A stretch of DNA of 64,000 bases from an uncultured Candidatus Saccharibacteria bacterium (GCA_964507275.1 CAZDPG010000001.1:340577-404576); one strand, 5' to 3'; shown: positions 27,517 to 37,177, numbered from the stretch's first letter. Made by a program: numbers and translations. The notes: generated from the sequence alone by a model not told the origin.

Positions 27517-28658
27517 TGCGCGAGAGTATCCCAGCGGAAGAACTCCTGCACAAAGCGAGCGCCGTCGGCCAGTACTACGGATTCACCCCGCTCTCGGCGC
27601 TCACGCTTAAAGCACGTGGACAAGCGCGGACCAAAGCAGAACTTCCAGAATCACTCTCGAGCATAGCTCTTGATCCAATCGCGAACTCGGTCGTAAGCTT
27701 CTTAAAGCAGTGCCAACATATTGAGCACATCCCCTCCCCGCGACAGCCGCTCTTCGTGTGGCACACAAACATCGCGCCTGGACGCCCGGCTCAGAAGAAG
27801 GCGACGGTGCAGTTCCACGCACTCGGTACGGATCGCGCGCTTGCTGACGCTGTCATCATCCGCGCACTCCTCGCTCTCGCCCGCGATCTTTTCCATGATG
27901 AACCCATCGTGCGTATCAATTCCATGGGTGATAAAGAGACACGCGCTCGCTATGCTCGCGAGCTCGGCGTGTTCTTCAAGAAACGCGCCGTCGGTCTTCC
28001 AGAAGAGTGTATGGAGCGCGCGAAATGCGATGCGTTCGCAGCTGCCGAACTCGCCATAGCGCGCGAATGCGCCGACGATCTTCCTGCCCCGACAGAGCAT
28101 CTCTCGGATGCGAGTCGCAAGCGCTTTGAAGACCTTCTCGAGTATCTCGAAATGACTGAGACGCCCTACGAGCTCGCACGCAATCTGATCAGTCAGGGGA
28201 CGATCTGGAACGATACCTGCTTCGAGATTGTCGTCGGCGGTCGGAGGGTCGCCTGGGGCTCGCGCTACAGCGATCTCACGAAGCACTTCTTCCCGTCTGC
28301 GCCAATAAGTGCGACCGGTGCCGTATTCCAGATAGCGAGCGAGGGTGCAGTGGTGAAGAAAGTGGCCGTTCCGCGCCTTCGCTTCCACTTCGTCCACATC
28401 GGCGATGAAGCGAAGCGCATATCCATCCGCCTTGCCGAGGATTTCCGAAAAGCGCGTGTTCCGCTCATCCAGCACATCGGCGTCGAGTCCCTGACCGAAC
28501 AGCTCCGTCTCGCCGAACACAACGATAGCCCCTATCTCCTCATCATGGGACGTAAGGAAGCGCTTGAGCACTCCGCGATACTCCGCAACCGCCAGACACA
28601 GGTGGAAACCACCCTCCCGCTCGCGAACCTCATCGAACGACTGAAGGCAGTCGCCTAG
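27513..28658 (+). CDS. histidyl-tRNA synthetase-like protein (class II core plus anticodon-binding domain; catalytic motifs appear degenerate)
   Basis: The N-terminal YGF.PLS and the GGRRVAWGSRYSDL region resemble HisRS motif 3 (GGGRYD). The C-terminal HGPT-like anticodon-binding fold is present. Motif-2 Arg/Glu are not recognisable by eye. Confidence 0.5.
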   Translation: MMRESIPAEELLHKASAVGQYYGFTPLSALTLKARGQARTKAELPESLSSIALDPIANSVVSFLKQCQHIEHIPSPRQPLFVWHTNIAPGRPAQKKATVQFHALGTDRALADAVIIRALLALARDLFHDEPIVRINSMGDKETRARYARELGVFFKKRAVGLPEECMERAKCDAFAAAELAIARECADDLPAPTEHLSDASRKRFEDLLEYLEMTETPYELARNLISQGTIWNDTCFEIVVGGRRVAWGSRYSDLTKHFFPSAPISATGAVFQIASEGAVVKKVAVPRLRFHFVHIGDEAKRISIRLAEDFRKARVPLIQHIGVESLTEQLRLAEHNDSPYLLIMGRKEALEHSAILRNRQTQVETTLPLANLIERLKAVA

Positions 28659-28712
28659 AATTCTCTGCCCAAGTAGACAAGTATTGCCTCGGTGTGCTAG
28701 GATTTCCGCATT

Positions 28713-28979
28713 ATGACAGCAGTAACCGCAAGCACCCGCGTCGAAGTACGTCGCGGAAAAAATGAAAGCACAACGGCGCTTATCCGCCGCTTTACGCGCC
28801 GTGCACAGGGTCTCGGCCTCGTACGCGAAGTTCGCAATTCTCGTTACTGGGAGCGCCCGATGTCGAAGAATGTGGAGCGCAAGCGTGCCCTCATCTCCAA
28901 AGTGCGCCGCGAGAACTATAACGAACAAGTGAAGCTCGGAAAGATCGATCCGGCAGCGAAGAAGACGCGCAAGCGTTAA
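28713..28979 (+). CDS. rpsU: 30S ribosomal protein S21
   Basis: RRFTRRAQGLGLVREVRNSRYWERP...ERKRA matches the S21 pattern. Confidence 0.75.
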   Translation: MTAVTASTRVEVRRGKNESTTALIRRFTRRAQGLGLVREVRNSRYWERPMSKNVERKRALISKVRRENYNEQVKLGKIDPAAKKTRKR

Positions 28980-28985
28980 TAAGGA

Positions 28986-29459
28986 ATGGCAGGTGTCGAA
29001 ATAACGAACCTCACGCGGCGCTCAGTGCCGCGTTTCGCATATACCACGGTGGCTGCAACCGTACTCCCCGGTTGGGACGTATCGCTCGTATTCGTCGGGC
29101 CGAAGAAAGCGCAGGAACTGAACCAGCAGCTCCGCAAGAAGTCGTATACGCCGAATGTGCTCTCCTATGCGCCTGGGCAGACGAGCGGGGAGATCTTCAT
29201 CTGCCTCCAGGAAGCGGAGCGGCAGGCACCCTCTCATGCCATGACGGCTCGAGTGTTCGTCCTCTATTTGTTTATCCACGGTCTCCTGCATTTGAAGGGA
29301 TGGGCTCATGGCAGTACTATGGAGCAATGCGAACAGAAGCTAGTGAAACGATTCTCTGCACCGCGCGTGCGCACTCTTACTCATGGCACGGAGAATAGCA
29401 ACCGGAATAGACATCGGAACGTACCAAGTGAAGGTGGTCGTCGTCGAGGAGTTCGCTGA
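28986..29459 (+). CDS. ybeY: rRNA maturation endoribonuclease YbeY
   Basis: Metal-binding motif HGLLHLKGWAHG (H..LHL.G.DH). The 3' end overlaps the ftsA start. Confidence 0.75.
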   Translation: MAGVEITNLTRRSVPRFAYTTVAATVLPGWDVSLVFVGPKKAQELNQQLRKKSYTPNVLSYAPGQTSGEIFICLQEAERQAPSHAMTARVFVLYLFIHGLLHLKGWAHGSTMEQCEQKLVKRFSAPRVRTLTHGTENSNRNRHRNVPSEGGRRRGVR

Positions 29460-30540
29460 TACCAAGAACGGGCGACAGTTGCGCATCATCGGTACCGGCC
29501 TCGCGGAGTCGAAAGGCCTCCGCCACGGGTATGTCGTGAACCGCGAAGAAGTCTCCGCCAGCATCCGCGAAGCCAAGCGCCAGGCAGAGGCTGCCGCACG
29601 GATCTCGATACGCTCCGCATTCCTCGCGGTTGGCGGTATATCACTCGATGAAGCGCGTGCCACTGGATCTGCAATCATCTCGCGCGCCGATCAGGAGATA
29701 ACCAGCCTTGATATCGACAAAGCAATCAAGATCGCGCGAGAAGCGGCCGCTCCTGGATTCCTGAACCGGCATGTCCTTCATAGCATCCCGCTCGAGTATC
29801 GCGTCGATGGAACGAAGATACTCGGTGACCCTATCGGCATGAAAGGAGTTCGTCTTGAAGTCGATTACCTCTTCATCACGTGTCTCGCACAACACGAAGA
29901 GATGCTCGTGAAGTCGATCGAAGATGCCGGTATTGAAATCATCGACCAGATGGCTTCCCCGCTCGCCGGATCCTATGTGCTCCTCTCGGGCGAGCAGAAG
30001 ATGAAAGGCTGTGTTCTGGCGAATATCGGCGCAGAGACAGTCTCAATTGTCGTCTACGATGAAGGCATCCCCATTTCAATAAAAGTATTCCCCGTTGGGT
30101 CAAGCCATATCACCGACGATATTGCGCTCGGATTCCGTATCTCTCTTGATGAAGCGGAGCGCGTGAAGCTCGGCCGTCTCTCCGGGCAGATGTATCCTCG
30201 CAAAAAAATAGACGATCTCATCTCGAGTCGACTCACTACGATGTTCGCATCTATCGACAAGCACCTCCGTTCGCTCGGCCGCCGCGGCCCTCTACCTGCG
30301 GGCATCATCATCTCAGGTGGTGGCGCCGGTATCGGCAGTATCAGTGATGTCGCAAGAGGATCGCTCAAGCTTCCGGCACGACTCGCGGAGTTCCGTCTCA
30401 CTTCTGATACAAAGATTCGCGATGCGACCTGGGCGGTCTCCTATGGTCTCGCGCTCTGGGGACTCACCGGTGATACGAATGCACCGAAGAAGAATTTCAC
30501 TGCGATCATTGAGAAGTTTCTGCAGCAGTTCCTCCCGTAG
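29383..30540 (+). CDS. ftsA: cell division protein FtsA
   Basis: Actin-fold ATPase: IATGIDIGTYQVKVVV, DIGAETVSIVVYDEG and GGGAG motifs. Confidence 0.9.
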   Translation: MARRIATGIDIGTYQVKVVVVEEFADTKNGRQLRIIGTGLAESKGLRHGYVVNREEVSASIREAKRQAEAAARISIRSAFLAVGGISLDEARATGSAIISRADQEITSLDIDKAIKIAREAAAPGFLNRHVLHSIPLEYRVDGTKILGDPIGMKGVRLEVDYLFITCLAQHEEMLVKSIEDAGIEIIDQMASPLAGSYVLLSGEQKMKGCVLANIGAETVSIVVYDEGIPISIKVFPVGSSHITDDIALGFRISLDEAERVKLGRLSGQMYPRKKIDDLISSRLTTMFASIDKHLRSLGRRGPLPAGIIISGGGAGIGSISDVARGSLKLPARLAEFRLTSDTKIRDATWAVSYGLALWGLTGDTNAPKKNFTAIIEKFLQQFLP

Positions 30541-30551
30541 CACGCTGCAAA

Positions 30552-31892
30552 ATGGGGTCTCTGCCCCGAAACATTTCGCAGAATGTCAATATTTGCATAA
30601 AGTCTGGTTCTGCTATGATGACGAAAACTTACTTGCACACACCTATGTCAAAACGCGTTGAACCAGAGATTGAGACATTTGCACGAATCCGTGTCGTTGG
30701 TGTCGGTGGTTCAGGGAAAAATGCGATCAATCACATGATCGAATCGAAGGTGCGGGGCGTCGAATTCGTCGCCATCAACTCCGATGCACAGGACCTCCAC
30801 CGCTCCCTCGCGAAGAAGAAGATCCATATCGGCAAGAATCTCACCCGCGGACTCGGCACAGGAATGAATCCTGAACTCGGCAAGCGAGCTGCTGAAGAGA
30901 CGCGTCAGGAAATCCAGGAAGCGCTTTCGGGTAGCGACATGGTCTTCATCACGTGCGGCATGGGTGGCGGCACGGGCACGGGTGCATCTGCAGTCGTCGC
31001 GAAGATGGCGAAGGAAGTCGGCGCGCTCGTCATCGCTATTGTGACGAAGCCGTTCTCATTCGAAGGCGCACAGCGCAAAGAGATCGCTGAGCGCGGTCTT
31101 GCCGACCTCAAGAAGGAAGTCGATGCCTTCATCGTCATCCCGAACGACAAACTGCTCGCGGTCGTCGACATGAACACCTCAGCGAAGAGCGCCTTCGCGA
31201 TGTGCGACGAAATCCTCCGCCAGGCGGTCGAGGGTGTCTCAGACATCATCACCACTCCAGGCGATATCAATACTGACTTCAACGACATCAAGGCGATTAT
31301 GGAAAATGCCGGCCCCGCACTCATGGGCATCGGCATCGCCGACGGCGACGATCGCGCAGTCACTGCTGCGAAGCAGGCCGTAAACTCGCCGCTTCTCGAT
31401 GTCTCCATCGGCGGCGCGAAGGGTATCCTCTTCGTCGTAGCAAGTAATGACGACCTCGGCATCATGGAGGTGCAGGAGGCCGCAAAAGTCATCAACGAAT
31501 CCGTCGATAAGAGCGCAAAGATTATCTTCGGTATGATGCGCGACGAGAAGCTGAAGAAGGGCCAGGTACGCATCATCGTCATCGCTACCGGCTTCCCGGA
31601 GAGCGCAGCGCACGCTTCGCACTCTGGTCCTGAGCGTTCCCTCTTTGCTATGCCTACCGAGCGACGCGAGGAAGAGCGCGGCCGCATCTATCATGAAATC
31701 CTCAAGCGCGAGGATAAGAAAGAGGAGGATGTGAAAGAAAAGAAGGAACCCGTCGTGACCGTCGAGAAGATTGAGAAAGAAGAGCCGATTGTCACCGCGA
31801 TGCCGCATAAGCGCGATGAGGTAACTCCCGCTCCGGAAGATGACGAGGCGTGGGGTGCGATTCCGACCTTCCTTCGCCGACACAAGAAGTAA
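30552..31892 (+). CDS. ftsZ: cell division protein FtsZ
   Basis: Tubulin signature GGGTGTG, VGVGGSGKNAINHM. The real start is probably MSKRVEP at 30645. Acidic, Lys-rich C-terminal tail. Confidence 0.9.
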   Translation: MGSLPRNISQNVNICIKSGSAMMTKTYLHTPMSKRVEPEIETFARIRVVGVGGSGKNAINHMIESKVRGVEFVAINSDAQDLHRSLAKKKIHIGKNLTRGLGTGMNPELGKRAAEETRQEIQEALSGSDMVFITCGMGGGTGTGASAVVAKMAKEVGALVIAIVTKPFSFEGAQRKEIAERGLADLKKEVDAFIVIPNDKLLAVVDMNTSAKSAFAMCDEILRQAVEGVSDIITTPGDINTDFNDIKAIMENAGPALMGIGIADGDDRAVTAAKQAVNSPLLDVSIGGAKGILFVVASNDDLGIMEVQEAAKVINESVDKSAKIIFGMMRDEKLKKGQVRIIVIATGFPESAAHASHSGPERSLFAMPTERREEERGRIYHEILKREDKKEEDVKEKKEPVVTVEKIEKEEPIVTAMPHKRDEVTPAPEDDEAWGAIPTFLRRHKK

Positions 31893-31904
31893 CTCATACG
31901 TTGA

Positions 31905-31943
31905 AACAGCACGGACACCCGCTTGGTGTCCGTGCTGTTTTGC
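31905..31943 (+). terminator. rho-independent terminator (aacagcacggacacc...ggtgtccgtgctgtttt)
   Basis: 15 bp stem plus T-run after the ftsZ stop. Confidence 0.7.
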
Positions 31944-31975
31944 TTCCCTCGAGACGGACGGTATACTGCACGGAT

Positions 31976-32899
31976 ATGCACGACCTCATCATCATCGGCG
32001 GCGGACCCGCAGGCATCGCCGCCGGAGTCTACGCAGCCCGCAAACAATTACAAGCCGTTCTCATCGCCGAAGAGATTGGCGGGCAGTCGACGGTATCGGA
32101 AGGTATTGAGAACTGGGTCGGTTCGGTGAAGATACGCGGTGCAGACCTCGCGAAAGCATTTCATACGCACCTCGACGCCGTGAAGGGTAACATCGTCACC
32201 CCGGTCATCGGCGACCGTGTCGTATCACTTGAGAAGGTTGAGGGCGGATTCTCGGTCAAGACACGGGGTGGAAAGGGATTCTCCGCGAAGGCAGTGCTTA
32301 TCGCGTCTGGAGCCGGGCGGCGCAAGCTCACCGCTCTCGGCGCTCTCAAGTTCGAAAATAAAGGCGTTACCTACTGCGCCTCGTGCGACGGACCGCTGTT
32401 CTCCGGCATGGACGTCGCCGTCATCGGTGGCGGCAACGCTGGCTTCGAGACTGCGCTCCAGCTCCTCGCGTATGCGAAGTCAGTCACACTCATCCACCGG
32501 CACAAAGAGTTTAAAGCTGATGCCGTCACGGTCGAGAAGGCGCGTGCGCACCCGAATATGCGCGTTATCACGCACGCTGAGCCGGTTGAAGTGAAGGGCG
32601 AGCAGTTCGTGACCGGCCTCTCGTATACCGATAAAGACACAGGCGAGTTGAAAGAGCTTCCAGTATCCGGGATTTTCGTTGAGGCAGGTGTCATCCCCAA
32701 CACGGATTTCGTCGGCAGTCTGCTTGAGCTCGATCCCGTGAAGCGCGTCGTGACCGATCCACGCACCCAACGCACGAGCGTGGAGGGCGTCTGGGCAGCC
32801 GGAGACTGCACGGATGAGCTCTATCACCAGAACAACATCGCCGCGGGCGATGGCGTGAAAGCGATTGAGGACCTCTACCTCTGGGTGAAGAAGCAATGA
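31976..32899 (+). CDS. trxB: thioredoxin reductase
   Basis: FAD motif IIIGGGPAGIAAGVYAA, redox CASCDG, NADPH motif GGGNAG. Start at MHDLIII. Confidence 0.9.
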   Translation: MHDLIIIGGGPAGIAAGVYAARKQLQAVLIAEEIGGQSTVSEGIENWVGSVKIRGADLAKAFHTHLDAVKGNIVTPVIGDRVVSLEKVEGGFSVKTRGGKGFSAKAVLIASGAGRRKLTALGALKFENKGVTYCASCDGPLFSGMDVAVIGGGNAGFETALQLLAYAKSVTLIHRHKEFKADAVTVEKARAHPNMRVITHAEPVEVKGEQFVTGLSYTDKDTGELKELPVSGIFVEAGVIPNTDFVGSLLELDPVKRVVTDPRTQRTSVEGVWAAGDCTDELYHQNNIAAGDGVKAIEDLYLWVKKQ

Positions 32900-33627
32900 G
32901 CACGCCACGTGTCTCGATCGTCATCCCGACCCTCCGAGAGGGTCCATTCCTGGAGCGTACTCTCAAGAATCTCGATGGTCTGACTATTCCTCACGAGATC
33001 ATCATTACTGACGGTGGAAGCGCTGACGAGACGCTCGACGTCGCCCGTCGCTACACCGACAAGATAACCGTATGGACAGAACCGCGTCGCCAGACCTTCG
33101 GTGAGGCTAAGAATGCCGGTGCCGCACTCGCAACCGGCGAATATCTGGTATTCATCGATGCCGACGTGCTCATCCCCTCTCCGCAGGCCTTTTTCGAAGA
33201 AATGCTTGCGGCGTTCGACAAAGCTCCGAACCTCGTTGCAATGACCGTTCCACTCAAACCATGGCCCGAGAATCATTCGCTCAAGGATGCGTTCTTCTCT
33301 GCTCCGCTCAATTGGTTCTATATCGTTTCCAATAATATATTCCATTCCGGCAATTCCTCTGGGGAGTTCCAGATGGTTCGAGCGGAGGCTTTCAAGAAGA
33401 TTGGTGGTTTCGGCGAGCAGCTCGCCGCGGGAGAAGATAATGAGTTGTTCCGCCGTCTCGCTGATATCGGTCGCACACTGTCGTACGCTAAACTCTGCGT
33501 GCAGCATTCACTCCGCCGTCCCCATAAGCTCGGCTGGCTGCGCACCTATTACATCTGGATTAAAAATGGTATCTCAGTCGCACTGCGAGGCCGTGCGGCG
33601 TACAAAGAGTGGTCGGTCGTGCGTTAA
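32896..33627 (+). CDS. family 2 glycosyltransferase
   Basis: VSIVIPTLRE...IIITDGGSADET and DADV (DxD) motifs. Confidence 0.75.
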   Translation: MSTPRVSIVIPTLREGPFLERTLKNLDGLTIPHEIIITDGGSADETLDVARRYTDKITVWTEPRRQTFGEAKNAGAALATGEYLVFIDADVLIPSPQAFFEEMLAAFDKAPNLVAMTVPLKPWPENHSLKDAFFSAPLNWFYIVSNNIFHSGNSSGEFQMVRAEAFKKIGGFGEQLAAGEDNELFRRLADIGRTLSYAKLCVQHSLRRPHKLGWLRTYYIWIKNGISVALRGRAAYKEWSVVR

Positions 33628-34622
33628 AAGATATTCTTGATAAAAGCATCTGCTGAGTGCCCCCAGCTGTACTGTTCCGCTTTCCTGCGACATGCTTCAG
33701 GCGATAGTTCGAGACATTTGATAGCCGCCTCTTGTAAATCATCGCTCAAGTACCCATCCTTCCCTTCCGTAAGGATGTCGCCCGGGCCCATCACATCGTG
33801 TGCCGCCACGGGTATGCCGCACGCAAGCGCTTCAAGCGCGACCAGCCCGAAGGTTTCGGTTCTCGATGGGAATACGAATACGCTGGCGAGTGAGAGCCAG
33901 TCGACAAGCTCTTGCCCATGCTTGTACCCGACGAATCTGTTGCTCTTCCCGTATCGTCTCTCGAGTTTCGAACGGAGCGGACCATCTCCTATCACGAGCT
34001 TCGTGCCGGGCAATTCCAGCTTCATGAATTCCTCGGGATTCTTTTCTGGAGCAAGGCGGCTGAAGTACACGAAGACCGGCTTCGGGAGTGTCGGGAGTGC
34101 GGGCGCTGGGTTGCGCATAAAGAAATCGACGTCGACGCCGAGCGGCATGATGACGAGGTTCTTGAAACCTACTGCCTCAAGCTCTTTCTTCAAGCTTTCG
34201 GTAGAGACCATGGTATGAGCGGCAGGCGCGTGGAACCGCCGTATGAGAGCGTATACAGGGCGCAAGAGCCCGCGCAGGCGCACATCGACATAGAGCTGGA
34301 AATGGCTGTGGTACCACGAAGTGAATGGTATGCCGAGTTCCCGGCATACCGCGCGGGCCGCCCAGCCGAGTGGTCCCTCGGTCACGACACAGATCGCATC
34401 CGGCTGCGTTTCCTCTATCAGCTTCTTGATACGACGCTTCGAAAAGAGCGCGAGACGGATCTCCGGATACAACGGCAACGGCACGGTCCTGAACTGTCCC
34501 GGTTCGATGACGGTAATCTCATATCCACGAGCTTTGAGAATTGGGATAAGCGCCTCAAGCACACGCACGACGCCGTTCACTTGCGGTGCCCACGCGTCTG
34601 TCACAAACAGAATCTTTTTCAT
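33624..34622 (-). CDS. family 1 (GT4-like) glycosyltransferase
   Basis: GT-B fold with a C-terminal EX7E-like region (FGLVALEALACGIPV). Confidence 0.75.
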   Translation of the reverse strand: MKKILFVTDAWAPQVNGVVRVLEALIPILKARGYEITVIEPGQFRTVPLPLYPEIRLALFSKRRIKKLIEETQPDAICVVTEGPLGWAARAVCRELGIPFTSWYHSHFQLYVDVRLRGLLRPVYALIRRFHAPAAHTMVSTESLKKELEAVGFKNLVIMPLGVDVDFFMRNPAPALPTLPKPVFVYFSRLAPEKNPEEFMKLELPGTKLVIGDGPLRSKLERRYGKSNRFVGYKHGQELVDWLSLASVFVFPSRTETFGLVALEALACGIPVAAHDVMGPGDILTEGKDGYLSDDLQEAAIKCLELSPEACRRKAEQYSWGHSADAFIKNIF

Positions 34623-35236
34623 ACCAGCGACTGCTCGGTATCCTTCTCAGCTTTAAGCAACTTGTCGCGCATATACCAGCTAAGCAGGTAGTACCCCGTG
34701 ATGGCGAGCGCGGTGAATGCGATTACATACTGCACATTACTTATTATGTGAGCGACGCTTCCGCCGAGCGAAGCCCCTAGGAAGTAGCCGGCAAAGAGAA
34801 GTGTGCCGTATTCGAGAATGGCAACGAGTGCACCGTAGCGAAAGAACATCCCGAGCGGCAGCTTCACCATGCCCGCCACAACGATGAACGCCGATGCAAC
34901 GCCGTACGAGAGTTTGCCCATGAACATCGTCATGAACGGACGTCGCGTCCAAAGCTCATGTACTTTATCGAGATGATCGTCCGTGATCTTAAGCTTCGCG
35001 AGCATGCGCTTCGCGAATGAGGTCTTTCCGCCGAAATACCCGGTGGCGTAATACGCACCATCAAGCCCCACGTCGCGGACGAAAAAGAGTACCGCGAGGA
35101 AGTACATATCGAAGAAACCGAGCGAAGCGAGCGTCCCGGCGACGAACGCGACAACCGGGCCCTCGATGAGAGACAACGGGATAAGAATCCAGTAGCGGTA
35201 CTGGAGAATAAGCTCAGTGATGAGTTCAACCGACAT
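34619..35236 (-). CDS. DedA/TVP38 family membrane protein
   Basis: Multi-TM with the DedA-like G..Y..G(K) region. Confidence 0.55.
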   Translation of the reverse strand: MSVELITELILQYRYWILIPLSLIEGPVVAFVAGTLASLGFFDMYFLAVLFFVRDVGLDGAYYATGYFGGKTSFAKRMLAKLKITDDHLDKVHELWTRRPFMTMFMGKLSYGVASAFIVVAGMVKLPLGMFFRYGALVAILEYGTLLFAGYFLGASLGGSVAHIISNVQYVIAFTALAITGYYLLSWYMRDKLLKAEKDTEQSLV

Positions 35237-35259
35237 GATTTCCGGTCAGTATACTATGT

Positions 35260-35349
35260 TTGGCGGAGGCGGGAGGATTCGAACCTCCGATACCCTTTCG
35301 AGCATACTTGTTTTCGAAACAAGCGCGATCGACCACTCTGCCACGCCTC
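35260..35349 (-). tRNA. tRNA-Ser (anticodon CGA), CCA encoded
   Basis: Reverse complement reads GGAGGCGTGGCAGAGTGGTCGATCGCGCTTGTTTCGAAAACAAG...long variable arm...GGTTCGAATCCTCCCGCCTCCGCCA. Confidence 0.8.
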
Positions 35350-35450
35350 CTTAGAGCGCCGTAGAACGGCTCTCGGGCGATCCGATTACGGATTGAGCCT
35401 GTGTCTGCCATCCTAGCATTTCGAAGCAAAAATGATAAGGTTCTACTAAC

Positions 35451-35522
35451 GGCCCTATCGTCTAACGGTTAGGACAGGTCCCTTTCACGGATCAAATCGG
35501 GGTTCGATTCCCCGTGGGGTCA
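35451..35522 (+). tRNA. tRNA-Glu (anticodon TTC)
   Basis: GGCCCTATCGTCTAACGGTTAGGACAGGTCCCTTTCACGGATC...GGGGTTCGATTCCCCGTGGGGTCA, very close to canonical bacterial tRNA-Glu. Confidence 0.75.
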
Positions 35523-35579
35523 CAAAATTATCCACTGCAGCAAATCGAACGCTCGTGCGCACTCATGTAGAATACATAC

Positions 35580-36281
35580 ATGAGTATCGATTCAGCACTC
35601 AAACAAAAAGCCATCCAGTTACGCCTCGAAGGTAAGAGCTATACTGAGATTCTTAAGCAATTGCAGTTGAAATCAAAAGGAACTTTGAGTGTTTGGTTTC
35701 GAGAATTAAAATTACCTGCCAAATCCAAAAGACTTCTGGAGAAGAATACCGCTCGAGCAACGGAACGTGGTCTTCTTGAGTTCAATCGGAAGCGTTCGCA
35801 ACTGGTACAGGAACAGAATGAAACTGCCTATCGCATCGGATGTGGTGAGGTGGGAAAGATAACTGAGCGCGAACTCTTAGTGCTCGGAGCGGCGCTGTAC
35901 TGGGGAGAAGGAACGAAATACGAGAGAAAGAATGGATCGATAGCGCTTGTTTTCACAAACTCAGATCCAGAAATGATTCTGGTCTTCATGGAATTCCTGC
36001 GTCGAATACTGAAAATTCCTGAAGAAAGAATTCGTGCTGGCATCCACATGTACTCTCAAGCTGAAACCGACATACAGAAGACTCGACAATATTGGTCGGA
36101 GATAACGAATTTGCCTGCCGCTCGTTTTTACATTTCTCAATTAGTAAGTGGGGCGAGTTCGCTCAAAAGAGATAAGAAACGACTCCCTTACGGAACTCTC
36201 GCAATCCGAGTCAATGACCGGAAAATATTCTTTCGAGTAAAAGGCATGATGAGAGGGTTAATTGAGGGCTTAAAAAAATAA
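35580..36281 (+). CDS. LAGLIDADG-like homing endonuclease candidate with N-terminal HTH (AT-rich insert between tRNA-Glu and tRNA-Val)
   Basis: ELLVLGAALYWGEGTK...GSIALVFTNSDPEMILVFMEFLRRIL resembles a single LAGLIDADG motif plus the following beta-sheet. N-terminal HTH (KSYTEILKQLQLKSKGTLSVWF). Strongly AT-rich relative to the flanks. Confidence 0.45.
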   Translation: MSIDSALKQKAIQLRLEGKSYTEILKQLQLKSKGTLSVWFRELKLPAKSKRLLEKNTARATERGLLEFNRKRSQLVQEQNETAYRIGCGEVGKITERELLVLGAALYWGEGTKYERKNGSIALVFTNSDPEMILVFMEFLRRILKIPEERIRAGIHMYSQAETDIQKTRQYWSEITNLPAARFYISQLVSGASSLKRDKKRLPYGTLAIRVNDRKIFFRVKGMMRGLIEGLKK

Positions 36282-36299
36282 TGATATAGTCTCATCAAC

Positions 36300-36377
36300 G
36301 CGCCGTTAGCTCAGCTGGTTTAGAGCGTCTCATTGACGTTGAGAAGGTCGGGGATTCGAATTCCTCACGGCGCACCA
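36300..36377 (+). tRNA. tRNA-Val (anticodon GAC), CCA encoded
   Basis: GCGCCGTTAGCTCAGCTGGTTTAGAGCGTCTCATTGACGTTGAGAAGGTCGGGGATTCGAATTCCTCACGGCGCACCA. Confidence 0.8.
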
Positions 36378-36409
36378 AAATAAGGAAATTCGTGGTATAA
36401 TTTCGCCTA

Positions 36410-37177
36410 ATGCGACCGAAACGGAACCCGGTGCGAAAAGAGAAAGTCTATATATACGGCAAGCACGCGCTCATGGAGGCGCTTCAGAATACTCCCCATG
36501 TCATAAAGAAGGTCTTCCTTGCGCCGGACCTGCGCGACGTGGAACTCCATACGCTTCTCGAAATGCGCAATATACCGATTGCGAAGCTCACGGCGACGAG
36601 CGGCAAAGAGCTCGTCGGGCGCGATGCTGTGCACCAGGGTGTCATCGCTATCATGGACCCCTCTGCCCTCCTCGTCTCGTTCGACGACTTCCTCCTTTCG
36701 CTCGATACGAAGACGAACCCGGCGGTAGCTATCCTCGGCGAAGTACAGGACCCGCATAACGTCGGCGCGATTATCCGCTCGGCAGCCGCATTCGGCCTCG
36801 CGGGTGTCCTTATCCCCGCACACCATCAAGCGGGCATCACCGGCACGGTCGTGAAGACATCTGCAGGCATGGTCTTCCGCGTCCCGCTCATCTCCATAGG
36901 GAATGTGAATACCACGATCAAGACTCTCAAAGAGAAAGGTTTCTGGGTATACGGCCTCGCAATGGATGGGAAGACGTCGCTCAAGACCGAAGCATTCGAA
37001 ACGCCAACCGTATTCATCGTCGGCAATGAAGGTGCCGGCATCCGCGAGAAGACACTTGAGGCCTGCGACATCACGCTCTCGATACCGATGCACCCGCGCA
37101 CCGAATCGCTCAACGCGGCAGTCTCAGCGGCAGTCGTGTTCTACGAATGGAGCAAGCGGCATCCTGAGGCGCTATGA
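36410..37177 (+). CDS. SpoU/TrmH-family RNA 2'-O-methyltransferase (RlmB-like)
   Basis: SPOUT motifs QDPHNVGAIIRSAAAFG, FIVGNEGAGI and LNAAVSAAVV. Confidence 0.8.
   Translation: MRPKRNPVRKEKVYIYGKHALMEALQNTPHVIKKVFLAPDLRDVELHTLLEMRNIPIAKLTATSGKELVGRDAVHQGVIAIMDPSALLVSFDDFLLSLDTKTNPAVAILGEVQDPHNVGAIIRSAAAFGLAGVLIPAHHQAGITGTVVKTSAGMVFRVPLISIGNVNTTIKTLKEKGFWVYGLAMDGKTSLKTEAFETPTVFIVGNEGAGIREKTLEACDITLSIPMHPRTESLNAAVSAAVVFYEWSKRHPEAL

Noticed and set aside
27702-28928. 408 aa minus-strand ORF antisense to the HisRS-like gene
   Set aside because: No recognisable motifs, Arg/Ala-rich composition typical of high-GC antisense frames, and it fully overlaps a gene with clear homology. Shadow ORF.
31239-31883. 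214 and 260 aa minus-strand ORFs inside ftsZ
   Set aside because: Antisense to a textbook FtsZ.
35226-35429. 67 aa ORF overlapping tRNA-Ser(CGA)
   Set aside because: Sits on top of a tRNA gene.
36407-37093. 228 aa minus-strand ORF antisense to the TrmH-family gene
   Set aside because: Overlaps a gene with intact SPOUT motifs and shows high-GC antisense artefact composition.
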